Notes under the pieces: model-generated
The model's database searches: none
Told to the model about the DNA's origin: nothing
Seen by the model: only the letters and a program-made list of their open reading frames with translations
Part shown: positions 6,407 to 13,576 of the stretch, piece after piece
Position numbering within the stretch: the stretch's first letter is position 1
How the letters are laid out: every line of letters begins with the position of its first letter
Program-made: the position numbers and the translations under genes
Assembly (NCBI GenBank): GCA_016839365.1
Contig: JAEOUH010000014.1
Coordinates: 1-13,576 of the forward strand
Direction: 5' to 3'
DNA from: Candidatus Hermodarchaeota archaeon
GTDB lineage: Archaea > Asgardarchaeota > Hermodarchaeia > Hermodarchaeales > Hermodarchaeaceae
Length of the DNA: 13,576 bases

Positions 6407-7246
6407 TTACACAGGTACAAGATTACGTTCGCTGGATGAGGTCACGTGGAGCGCTTTTCCAGCAATGGGTCCATGATACTCTCGGCAGGAGAATAGACTA
6501 ATAATTCGTCCGTCAAAGTATTCATGAAATCCATGAGGGAAAACCTCATGGGCTCGAACAATGAGATCCAACTTATTTTTGGCCATGAATTCTTCTGTGA
6601 TATCCTGGCCAAAGGTTCGTATTCGATCTCCTCGCATTGATGATCCAAAACCTTTCACAGTTTCCCTTGGGTCATTCCAAAGCAGCTGAAATGTAATTGG
6701 ATTAACGGGCTCAATTTCCATGGGTAGCGAATCTATATCCTGCACCTCTTTTAGTGTTTCAGGGATCCCCCCATGCACGGCGAATATTTTATGCTGAACG
6801 CTAATTGCGGCTAGGGGTAGATCCCTGAAAACCTTCCAATAATGTGTGATCACATCACCTAAAGAGAGTTGAACTCTGTCAAAGAACCCGTAGGCGCGAT
6901 TTATACTCGGAGTTTCATGGTTCCCCCGCAAAAGCATCAATCGATTCGGAGCTTCGGTCTTCAGATATAGAAGCAAATTAATGTTTTCAATTTGGAAGGA
7001 TCCACGATCGACATAATCCCCAAGGAATACAAAAATCGTTGGTGTGTGCCAATACTTTGTCAGCAGTCGTTGGGTCGACTCCCAGTCACCATGGGTATCC
7101 CCAACGAAGAGTAGTGGCTTATTCGGAAGTTTGAGTAATCGGGGTTCCTGGTGTAGTAATGGTTGAACTCGCTCTAGGAGCTGTAACACTTCTTCAACGG
7201 AGTATTCCTGTACAATCTTCACCGCTTCTGAAATCATTGTGGCCAA
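6407..7246 (-). CDS. PPP-family Ser/Thr protein phosphatase (PP1/PP2A-like metallophosphoesterase)
   Basis: GDTHG, GDYVDRG, LRGNHE, VHGG, LLWNDP and IVRAHE motifs. Start is TTG 7246 or ATG 7237. Confidence 0.95.
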   Translation of the reverse strand: MATMISEAVKIVQEYSVEEVLQLLERVQPLLHQEPRLLKLPNKPLLFVGDTHGDWESTQRLLTKYWHTPTIFVFLGDYVDRGSFQIENINLLLYLKTEAPNRLMLLRGNHETPSINRAYGFFDRVQLSLGDVITHYWKVFRDLPLAAISVQHKIFAVHGGIPETLKEVQDIDSLPMEIEPVNPITFQLLWNDPRETVKGFGSSMRGDRIRTFGQDITEEFMAKNKLDLIVRAHEVFPHGFHEYFDGRIISLFSCREYHGPIAGKALHVTSSSERNLVPV

Positions 7247-7302
7247 ATTCCGCGCCTAGTGTATCTGATTTTAGGGGTTGAATGTTTTTTAGAAGAAATT
7301 AA

Positions 7303-8241
7303 CTATTTTACGACTATATGAGTACCAGCCTTGCCAAGAATTGCTCGGGCGATGTTTTCAGGAGAAGTAATGATGGCAAATTCGCCCCCCTCCTCAAGGA
7401 ATTGAATGACGGATTCGATCTTCGGAGCCATGGATCCAGGGGCAAAGTGTCCCTCTTTCAGGTACTGTTTTGCCTCCTTGACAGTCATTCGATCGATTGG
7501 GCGTTGATCCGGTTTACCAAAGTTCAGGTACACCTTGTCAATCGACGTCGAGATGAGAAATCCCTTCGCACCCAACGCCTTACAAAGCAATGCTGAAGCT
7601 CGATCCTTGTCAATCACCGCGGCCACTCCTTTCAAAATCCCATCCTCTTGCACCACTGGAATACCTCCACCCCCTACTGTAATAACAATGAATCCGTCGT
7701 CAAGCAGGTTATCCACAACCTGTGCTTCAATAATTTTTTTCGGAATTGGTGATGGAACCACACGGCGCCATCCTCTTCCCGCGTCTTCAACAACGTGCCA
7801 GCCCTCTTCGATACGGCGTTCCGCCATATCTTGATCCATGAAAGAGCCAATGGGCTTATTGGGGTGGGTGAAGGCAGGGTCGCTGGCATCCACTAGGACT
7901 TGTGTAACGACAGTTACGGGTAGTTTGTCCATTTTGCGTCTACGAAATTCGCTCAGAAGAATTTGCTGAAGCATATACCCAATCGCCCCTTGTGTGTCAG
8001 CGCCACAAAAATCAAGGGGAACCTCATGGAGTTCACCAGCAGCCAACTCGGAGCGCCGAAGAATAAATCCCACTTGGGGCCCGTTGCCATGGGTGATTGC
8101 GACATCCCATCCCTGTTCCACCAAGTCAACAATGTGGGGAACGGTTTCTGCTGCAGCTGCGTATTGGTCTGGCACAGTTTTACGTGCTGCGTCCTTAATG
8201 AGGGAATTTCCCCCAATGGCAACAACAATTCGCTTAGCCAT
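7303..8241 (-). CDS. arcC: carbamate kinase
   Basis: VVAIGGNSL, THGNGPQVG, TQGAIGY, PNKPIG, GWRRVVPSP, GGGGIPV, AVIDKD and GSMAPK motifs. Confidence 0.96.
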   Translation of the reverse strand: MAKRIVVAIGGNSLIKDAARKTVPDQYAAAAETVPHIVDLVEQGWDVAITHGNGPQVGFILRRSELAAGELHEVPLDFCGADTQGAIGYMLQQILLSEFRRRKMDKLPVTVVTQVLVDASDPAFTHPNKPIGSFMDQDMAERRIEEGWHVVEDAGRGWRRVVPSPIPKKIIEAQVVDNLLDDGFIVITVGGGGIPVVQEDGILKGVAAVIDKDRASALLCKALGAKGFLISTSIDKVYLNFGKPDQRPIDRMTVKEAKQYLKEGHFAPGSMAPKIESVIQFLEEGGEFAIITSPENIARAILGKAGTHIVVK

Positions 8242-8297
8242 CTTCAGAACGTCCTAAGTGCTGTTTCCCAAGAGAACTTACCTCATCCTTTGCTTTG

Positions 8298-8310
8298 ATA
8301 TAAAAGCTTC
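8298..8310 (-). promoter_or_regulatory. BRE/TATA promoter (GAAGCTTTTATAT) for arcC
   Basis: Matches the promoter-like motif at 212-223 and lies about 55 bp upstream of the arcC ATG. Confidence 0.55.
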
Positions 8311-8387
8311 TCAACAGAAGAGATTCAAAATTACTCTAAGGCAGGTTGGATAAACACTTATGCTGGTTTAAACGCACAAGAACTAGT

Positions 8388-9350
8388 ATGGTGTCTTTTG
8401 GCGATGTTAAAGCGGCTCATGATCGGATTCGGAAAGCCATTATTGAAACACCTGTGATGACATCTTTAACTGCCAACCAACTAGCTAATTGTAGCATTTT
8501 CTTCAAATGTGAGAACTTCCAACGAATCGGGGCTTTCAAGTTTCGTGGCGCGTTTAATGCTCTTTCACAATTATCAACCGAAGAAAAAGCCCGGGGAGTC
8601 ATTACTCATTCATCTGGAAATCATGGACAAGCAGTTGCTCTGGCTGCAAAAATGCTTGGAATCAAGGCAACAGTGGTCATGCCCAAAAATTCTTCACAAG
8701 CAAAAATTGCGGCAACGAAGGGATATGGTGCAACGGTTGTATTCTGTGAACCAACCGTACTCGTCAGGGAGGAAACCACGCAAGAACTAATCGAGTCCCA
8801 CAAATACATCCTAGTGCATCCCTATGATGATCCAAAAATCATTGCCGGAGCTGGAACAGCAGCTTTCGAACTAATCAATGAAGTAGGCACCCTAGACGTT
8901 GTGTTAGCCCCAGTCGGAGGAGGGGGTCTAATCAGTGGCACAGCAATTACGACAAAGGGCTTATGTCCTTCTGCCAAGGTCTTCGCAGTCGAACCAGAAC
9001 AAGCCAATGATGCCTACCGCTCATTCAAATCAGGAAAACTCTATCCAAGCATTAACCCCAACACAATCGCTGACGGACTACGCACTTCCTTGAGTGAGTT
9101 AACCTTCTCAATCATCCAACAACACGTCGATGACATCATCACGGTTTCCGAAGACGAAATCCTTGAAGCCATGAGGTTCCTCTGGGAACGAATGAAACTC
9201 GTCGTTGAGCCATCCGGCGCAGTACCGCTCGCGGGGCTCTTGAAAATAAAAAGACAGGTTTCTAATCAGCGTGTTGGCATTATTCTGAGTGGAGGGAATG
9301 TAGACATTTCTCGCATTTTTGACCACTGGCATAAAGAAATTACAAAATAA
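8388..9350 (+). CDS. fold-type II PLP enzyme, serine racemase / threo-3-hydroxyaspartate ammonia-lyase / threonine ammonia-lyase family
   Basis: FKCENFQRIGAFKFRGA (PLP Lys), HSSGNHGQA, PVGGGGL, EPEQAND, TIADGL, VEPSGA and SGGN motifs. No ACT domain. ATG 8388 is preferred over TTG 8346. Confidence 0.93.
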   Translation: MVSFGDVKAAHDRIRKAIIETPVMTSLTANQLANCSIFFKCENFQRIGAFKFRGAFNALSQLSTEEKARGVITHSSGNHGQAVALAAKMLGIKATVVMPKNSSQAKIAATKGYGATVVFCEPTVLVREETTQELIESHKYILVHPYDDPKIIAGAGTAAFELINEVGTLDVVLAPVGGGGLISGTAITTKGLCPSAKVFAVEPEQANDAYRSFKSGKLYPSINPNTIADGLRTSLSELTFSIIQQHVDDIITVSEDEILEAMRFLWERMKLVVEPSGAVPLAGLLKIKRQVSNQRVGIILSGGNVDISRIFDHWHKEITK

Positions 9351-9360
9351 GGCTATCTTC

Positions 9361-10323
9361 TCAGATTAATCCCGCTTCCTTGAACAATTCATCTAATTGG
9401 TGTTGCGTCGGATCACGATAATGCCCTCCGCGATGTTGTTCAGGAATCAGAAAATCTGTGACAGATCGCACATATGGGATTTCTCGAATTCTACTTGTGA
9501 TTTCTTTGATCCGCGATGGCTCATTGGTAAGGAGGGTCACCGTCAAAGTTGGTTCATCTAAAAATGTGAAAGCGTGCCAGAACTCGCTGGTGTACTGCGT
9601 ATAAACCCATTCTATGATCTGCCTGGGCGTCGTCTTCATCTCGTCATAACGAATGAAATACTCAAGCTCAACGTCTCCTAAGGCAAGATAATTCATTCGC
9701 ATCGTGAAGTGTACGCCTCCACCTTTTTGCAGCTCACGGAGAATGCGGCTGACCCGTCGTGGTGTCAACTCCGTTTGCGTGGCGATTTTTCCAATTGACA
9801 TCCGAACGTCAGCGGTCAAGCAACGGAGAACCTTTAACTGGTTTTGAGTGAAATTCACCTTATTCCCGCGATTGCGAACCTTACTATGGGCAGGAGCATC
9901 CGGAACGAATGTCGAAATCGGATGGAATTCAACCTTTTCGATTGATTTCAAGGATTCGATGCTTTGTTTTAGCTGAAAAAAATCAGCGGTTCCTGTAACA
10001 AAAGTTCCGCAGGCGTACCTGTTAGGGGAAGACCGATAGAGATAACGGACCTGTTGAAGGTTACCAATCTGGTCCAAGAGATCGGTCATTTTTTCTCGGC
10101 CATCGGTGGTAATGATTACATACAGGTTTTCAAGGTCCAGCATGGCCATGCTTAACTCGACAGTGTATTCTTGGATAACACCCAATTTTTCCAGTCTTTT
10201 TACACGGTTCTTAATCGTGTTGAATGATTGTTTGAATTTTTTCGCTAGGTCTTGGAAAGAGACACGAGCGTTTCCGAACAATTCCCAAAGTAACGCTTTG
10301 TCCAGCGGATCCACGACCAACAT
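9361..10323 (-). CDS. Lrp/AsnC-family transcriptional regulator with two tandem HTH-RAM modules
   Basis: HTH1 LDKALLWELFGNARVSFQDLAK...TIKNRVKRLEKLGVI and HTH2 NQLKVLRCLTADVRMSIGKIATQTELTPRRVSRILREL, each followed by an alpha/beta domain. Confidence 0.9.
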   Translation of the reverse strand: MLVVDPLDKALLWELFGNARVSFQDLAKKFKQSFNTIKNRVKRLEKLGVIQEYTVELSMAMLDLENLYVIITTDGREKMTDLLDQIGNLQQVRYLYRSSPNRYACGTFVTGTADFFQLKQSIESLKSIEKVEFHPISTFVPDAPAHSKVRNRGNKVNFTQNQLKVLRCLTADVRMSIGKIATQTELTPRRVSRILRELQKGGGVHFTMRMNYLALGDVELEYFIRYDEMKTTPRQIIEWVYTQYTSEFWHAFTFLDEPTLTVTLLTNEPSRIKEITSRIREIPYVRSVTDFLIPEQHRGGHYRDPTQHQLDELFKEAGLI

Positions 10324-10512
10324 CCCAACTCAGATGCATTTGGAACTCATTGGCTCATTTCGCCACCAGCTCCAACGAAATGTGAAACCTCCTTCCCAAA
10401 CAGTTAAGCAAATACATACGGTTGTATTAAAGAATTCCTTCAAACTGCGCAATTTTGCAATGAGCCCTGCAAAAATAACCTGTTTTCATCGGTTTTGGTG
10501 TAGATTATTGCA

Positions 10513-10559
10513 GTATCAGTTTACTAATGATACATAAAAATGGTGGTTCAAAATGAACC
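10513..10559. promoter_or_regulatory. two palindromes GTATCA-N9-TGATAC and GGTTCA-AAA-TGAACC, candidate operators
   Basis: Perfect 6-bp arms at 10513-10533 and 10545-10559, between the Lrp-like regulator and the divergent secreted-protein gene. Confidence 0.45.
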
Positions 10560-10650
10560 CGCAAAACTCCGGGACACCTTGTGTGACCGGGTGGAATGCA
10601 AATTCTGGGGACGGGTAACCTCAGATTTCAATGGTTTCTAATCAGTCAAA

Positions 10651-10659
10651 AGGAGGTGA
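10651..10659 (+). promoter_or_regulatory. strong ribosome-binding site AGGAGGTGA
   Basis: Full anti-SD complement 5 nt before GTG 10665. Confidence 0.85.
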
Positions 10660-10664
10660 AAACC

Positions 10665-11159
10665 GTGAGTAAGCTAAGCCTCGCAAAGGGACTAGGTGTC
10701 GTGCTGTTTGTCTTTGTTATCTTCCTCGCCTTTATTCCAACTGCTCAAGCTAAACCGTTTCGAAGTGAAATGGAGGTCTACTTCAATCCTCTCTTCGGGA
10801 CTGATCCTTCTGAACCGATTTGGATTGGATATATTCATGGGGATCTTGAAGGTACTATGACCTTCTGGGCGACTGGACCTGATCCACCGAAGGATATAGG
10901 ATACGATGCTGACAACGCCCTAGGCTATGAATGGAACGTACATTTCTTCACAGAAGACTGGATAATAGTGACATCTCTGGGTACAATTTGTGGAATCGAT
11001 AAAGGTTGCACAGTATCTGCCAACTGGAAATTCCGAATGAATGGCGAAGTAACCTCTGCTACTGGAGCATATAGCCATCTAGTAGGTCATCAAGTACATA
11101 TGAATGGTCAAATCAATTGGGGTCTATTGCAGGCTATTGGTCCTGTCAATATTAACTAG
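10665..11159 (+). CDS. secreted beta-rich protein, possibly allene-oxide-cyclase/dirigent-like barrel (164 aa)
   Basis: Perfect SD. Sec signal peptide MSKLSLAKGLGVVLFVFVIFLAFIPTAQA|K. Alternating beta-strand pattern with NGEVTSATGAYSHLVG, resembling the I-x-G-G-T-G-x-F/Y-x-x-x-x-G motif of AOC-like barrels. Confidence 0.85.
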   Translation: MSKLSLAKGLGVVLFVFVIFLAFIPTAQAKPFRSEMEVYFNPLFGTDPSEPIWIGYIHGDLEGTMTFWATGPDPPKDIGYDADNALGYEWNVHFFTEDWIIVTSLGTICGIDKGCTVSANWKFRMNGEVTSATGAYSHLVGHQVHMNGQINWGLLQAIGPVNIN

Positions 11160-11168
11160 GAAAACCGT

Positions 11169-11214
11169 AAAGGAGACTCTTTGATCTTGCGAAGAGTCCC
11201 CCTTTTCTTTTTTT
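11169..11214 (+). terminator. hairpin plus T-tract terminator
   Basis: GACTCTTTG-ATCTTG-CGAAGAGTC stem (one G-U), then CCCC and TTTTCTTTTTTT, 10 bp after the stop. Confidence 0.75.
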
Positions 11215-11345
11215 CACATAAAAAAATGAATAAAGAAAATGACACAGTTGGAGGGGACCAATTTAATTCCCAATATTGGTTGGTATAGTGGGAGCGAACT
11301 CTTTAAGCTTAAACTTCCATCGAATAGTATTCATCGGCGAGTTTC

Positions 11346-12488
11346 ATGGTAAAAATATCGAATCAGGACATTTTGCGTCTTAAGGTGGCGATGCTCACCC
11401 GCGGAGTTCGCTTTACATCCGATGAGTCCAGCGGTCGTTCAGGAGGTGCTGGTCCGACTCTTGGTCGTTATTTTCTCCTTAACGATACCGTTGTCGTTAA
11501 TGCACCTGTTCGAACCAAAGATCAGGTTGAACAGTTTCATACTTTAGAAGTAAGGCCTGTTGACGATAATCAGTTCACTATCCAATTAGAAGGAAAGTCC
11601 TTTCCGATTACACCACTTGGCACCCCGCAATTCTATCAGGCGGAGTTAGCTGATGGCACTCCAATGAAGCACATCGCCCTAGTGCATGGAAAGGATTGTC
11701 TCGCCACAACCATTGTCCAGCATTGTGATTATTTTGATTGTGGATTAGAATGTCACTACTGTAGTATCCCTGTCAGTCTACAAGAAGGTTCGACTATTCT
11801 CCGAAAATCTCCTGATCAGTTCATTAGGGTTCTCTATGCTGCCCAACAAGAAGGCTGTGCAACGCATCTTACTTTAACTATGGGTAGCCCTGATCGCCCC
11901 GATCGTGGAGCTCAAGATTATGTTGATTTTGTCTCTTCGATTCGACAATATAGTGATGTGCCGATTCATGTTCAACTTGAACCCCCCGATACTCTTGATC
12001 AGCTTCGCGCACTGAAAGATGCCGGAGTAGACACCGTGGGTATTCACCTGGAAATCTACGATGATGCCCTGCGAAAAAAATACTGTCCTGGAAAATTCGC
12101 CCATGCGAGCTTTTTTGATTATTATAACGCATGGAGCAACGCCGTTCGCATCTTCGGGAGAGGTCAAGTGGATTCCTTCATTCTCTTAGGTCTTGGAGAA
12201 ACACCAGAACAACTTCACCAAGGATTCAAAACTACCATCGAACTCGGCGTTATCCCCGTGCCGGTGCCCTGTCGTCCTAATCCTGGCTCACGACTAGAAG
12301 GATTTGTCCCTCCATACGTCGAGAACCTCGACCAGCTGGTCGATATCTACATCGACTGTGCAACTCTCCTCGTTGATTATGACCTTGATCCCACAAGCCA
12401 TCGAGCGGGGTGTGTTCGCTGCACCGGATGCACAGCCCTCACAGAAGCTTATCATGTTATCCAAATTCAGAAGAAAGGCAAGCATTGA
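11346..12488 (+). CDS. radical SAM protein, MSMEG_0568/NitD-like family
   Basis: GRSGGAGP N-terminal motif, IALVHGKDCLATTIVQHC, cluster motif CDYFDCGLECHYC, GVDTVGIHLE, FGRGQVDSFILLGLGE and C-terminal AGCVRCTGC. Confidence 0.9.
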   Translation: MVKISNQDILRLKVAMLTRGVRFTSDESSGRSGGAGPTLGRYFLLNDTVVVNAPVRTKDQVEQFHTLEVRPVDDNQFTIQLEGKSFPITPLGTPQFYQAELADGTPMKHIALVHGKDCLATTIVQHCDYFDCGLECHYCSIPVSLQEGSTILRKSPDQFIRVLYAAQQEGCATHLTLTMGSPDRPDRGAQDYVDFVSSIRQYSDVPIHVQLEPPDTLDQLRALKDAGVDTVGIHLEIYDDALRKKYCPGKFAHASFFDYYNAWSNAVRIFGRGQVDSFILLGLGETPEQLHQGFKTTIELGVIPVPVPCRPNPGSRLEGFVPPYVENLDQLVDIYIDCATLLVDYDLDPTSHRAGCVRCTGCTALTEAYHVIQIQKKGKH

Positions 12489-12517
12489 AAAAATCTCACA
12501 GTGCAATATCTTGTACC

Positions 12518-13054
12518 ATGTCTCTGCCGCCGTCCACCAAAGATTTTCCACCCGAAGACCCCGCCATCCATATCGAAGAGCTAACCATCGAAGATGCAAA
12601 TGAAATCGCGCAACTAATGGCACTGGTCTGGCCGAAATCGACACATATCCCCGTGGAATGGCGAAGGAACCGCGTTCTTAGCCCCGAACAGATAATCAAC
12701 GAAATGACTTCTGGTTATCACTACTTCGGCGCTAGGATTCAACAACAAATTGCTGGATTCTACAAGACGATTCTCAAAGACGAGGGGTTATTTGGGGAAC
12801 ATCAAACTGTTCATCCCAATTTTCGGCACCGGGGTCTTGTCCGGGCCATGTATCGCCAATTCATCACTTATGCCAAGGAACTTAAGGCTCCAGCCAATCT
12901 TTGCAACATTCTCTACGATCATGATACCATGCGCCAACTCGTGGAAAGCTTCGGCTTTCAACCCGACGGAGAACCCTATGAACAAGCCCCTGGAATGCTA
13001 GTGCAGCTCTACAAACGACCCACACAACTTCAAAACTTTAAGAAAAAAAGGTGA
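12518..13054 (+). CDS. GNAT-family N-acetyltransferase
   Basis: IEELTIEDANEIAQL, acetyl-CoA motif A TVHPNFRHRGLVRAM and LVESFGF. Start is ATG 12518 or TTG 12485, which overlaps the radical SAM stop as TTGA. Confidence 0.88.
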   Translation: MSLPPSTKDFPPEDPAIHIEELTIEDANEIAQLMALVWPKSTHIPVEWRRNRVLSPEQIINEMTSGYHYFGARIQQQIAGFYKTILKDEGLFGEHQTVHPNFRHRGLVRAMYRQFITYAKELKAPANLCNILYDHDTMRQLVESFGFQPDGEPYEQAPGMLVQLYKRPTQLQNFKKKR

Positions 13055-13077
13055 AGGGCGGTTCCCATCCGCCCTTC
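13043..13077 (-). terminator. GC-rich hairpin terminator between convergent genes
   Basis: Perfect 9-bp stem GAAGGGCGG-ttcccat-CCGCCCTTC at 13053-13077. On the minus strand it is followed by ACC and seven Ts. Confidence 0.75.
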
Positions 13078-13105
13078 GTGTGCTGGTTCGCATTGGAGGT
13101 ATTTC

Positions 13106-13576
13106 CTAGTCGTAACGGACGCGAGGATCAAGAAAACCATAAAGAATATCCGCGATGAAATTCGCGATAATCACAGTGAGCGCCATGATATAGAAGATCG
13201 CCTGCAGCACGGGATAATTTTGAGCCATCACTGATTCGAAGATGAGCCGTCCAATTCCATACCAGTTGAACACTGTCTCCGTGAGGGTTGCACCGGTTAT
13301 AAGGAAGCCAAAGGTCAACGCGATCATGGTCACCAACGGCAGGATTGCATTACGGAGTGCATGTTTATACAGCACTGAGCGTTCATCTACCCCCTTGGCC
13401 CGTGCGGTGACGATGTAGTCTTCGGTGAGCACGTCAATGAGGGTGTTCCGCATCACGAGCATGTAGCCCCCATACGAGACGAGGGCCAGGGTAATGGAGG
13501 GGAGGAACAGGTGCCAGGCCACGTCCAACGCGTAGGCGAGGGGGTCAGCCGGTGGGGGCACGCTGACTGTGCCGCC
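13106..13576 (-). CDS. dppB: peptide/nickel ABC transporter permease DppB/OppB, 3' part (5'-truncated by the window)
   Basis: HLFLPSITL, EAA loop DYIVTARAKGVDERSVLYKHALRNA, ETVFNWYGIG, NYPVLQA and C-terminal DPRVRY. The frame is open to the window edge. Confidence 0.93.
   Translation of the reverse strand, partial: GGTVSVPPPADPLAYALDVAWHLFLPSITLALVSYGGYMLVMRNTLIDVLTEDYIVTARAKGVDERSVLYKHALRNAILPLVTMIALTFGFLITGATLTETVFNWYGIGRLIFESVMAQNYPVLQAIFYIMALTVIIANFIADILYGFLDPRVRYD

Noticed and set aside
2113-7246. Eukaryotic contamination suggested by the Rab and PPP genes
   Set aside because: No introns, operon-like spacing, SD sites, archaeal promoters and prokaryotic neighbours.
10106-10537. 143-aa plus-strand ORF and the other short antisense or alternate-frame ORFs in the track
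   Set aside because: They overlap well-supported genes, lack motifs and SD sites, and look like shadow frames.
10545-10600. c-di-GMP-I (GEMM) riboswitch call
   Set aside because: Lacks the 5' GGCAAAC, the GNRA loop on the first stem and the tetraloop receptor. Kept only as an unassigned structured leader.
10596-10664. Longer start for the secreted protein
   Set aside because: GTG 10665 has a perfect SD and starts a canonical signal peptide.
12410-12484. Longer start for the GNAT
   Set aside because: Overlaps the conserved Cys-rich end of the radical SAM gene.
13052-13077. Hairpin at a TGA stop as a selenocysteine or readthrough signal
   Set aside because: The GNAT domain is complete before the stop, and the hairpin with its minus-strand T-tract fits a terminator.

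Overview
Gene-dense, intron-free prokaryotic DNA with archaeal TATA/BRE-type promoters and (A)GGAGGTGA-type ribosome-binding sites. It carries eukaryote-signature genes (a Rab-like small GTPase and a eukaryote-type PPP Ser/Thr phosphatase), which strongly suggests an Asgard archaeon (inference). Left half (1-7246): an AT-rich divergent promoter region with an exact 10-bp-phased AATGA array, two small coupled ORFs (one Cys-rich), an ExeA/initiator-clade AAA+ ATPase with a C-terminal winged helix, a Rab-like GTPase followed by a 402-aa helical unknown protein, a ~10-TM histidine-kinase-like protein that has lost its catalytic boxes with an atypical receiver, and a convergent PPP phosphatase. Right half: carbamate kinase, a serine-racemase-like PLP enzyme, a tandem Lrp/AsnC regulator, a secreted beta-barrel protein behind a structured leader, an MSMEG_0568/NitD-type radical SAM enzyme with a GNAT, and the 3' part of a DppB/OppB permease. 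The most notable signals are the co-degenerate pseudo two-component pair, the Rab plus helical-rod gene pair, and the phased repeat array ahead of the AAA+/wHTH operon. No rRNA, tRNA, CRISPR array or transposase was seen. All assignments come from reading motifs by eye; no searches were run.
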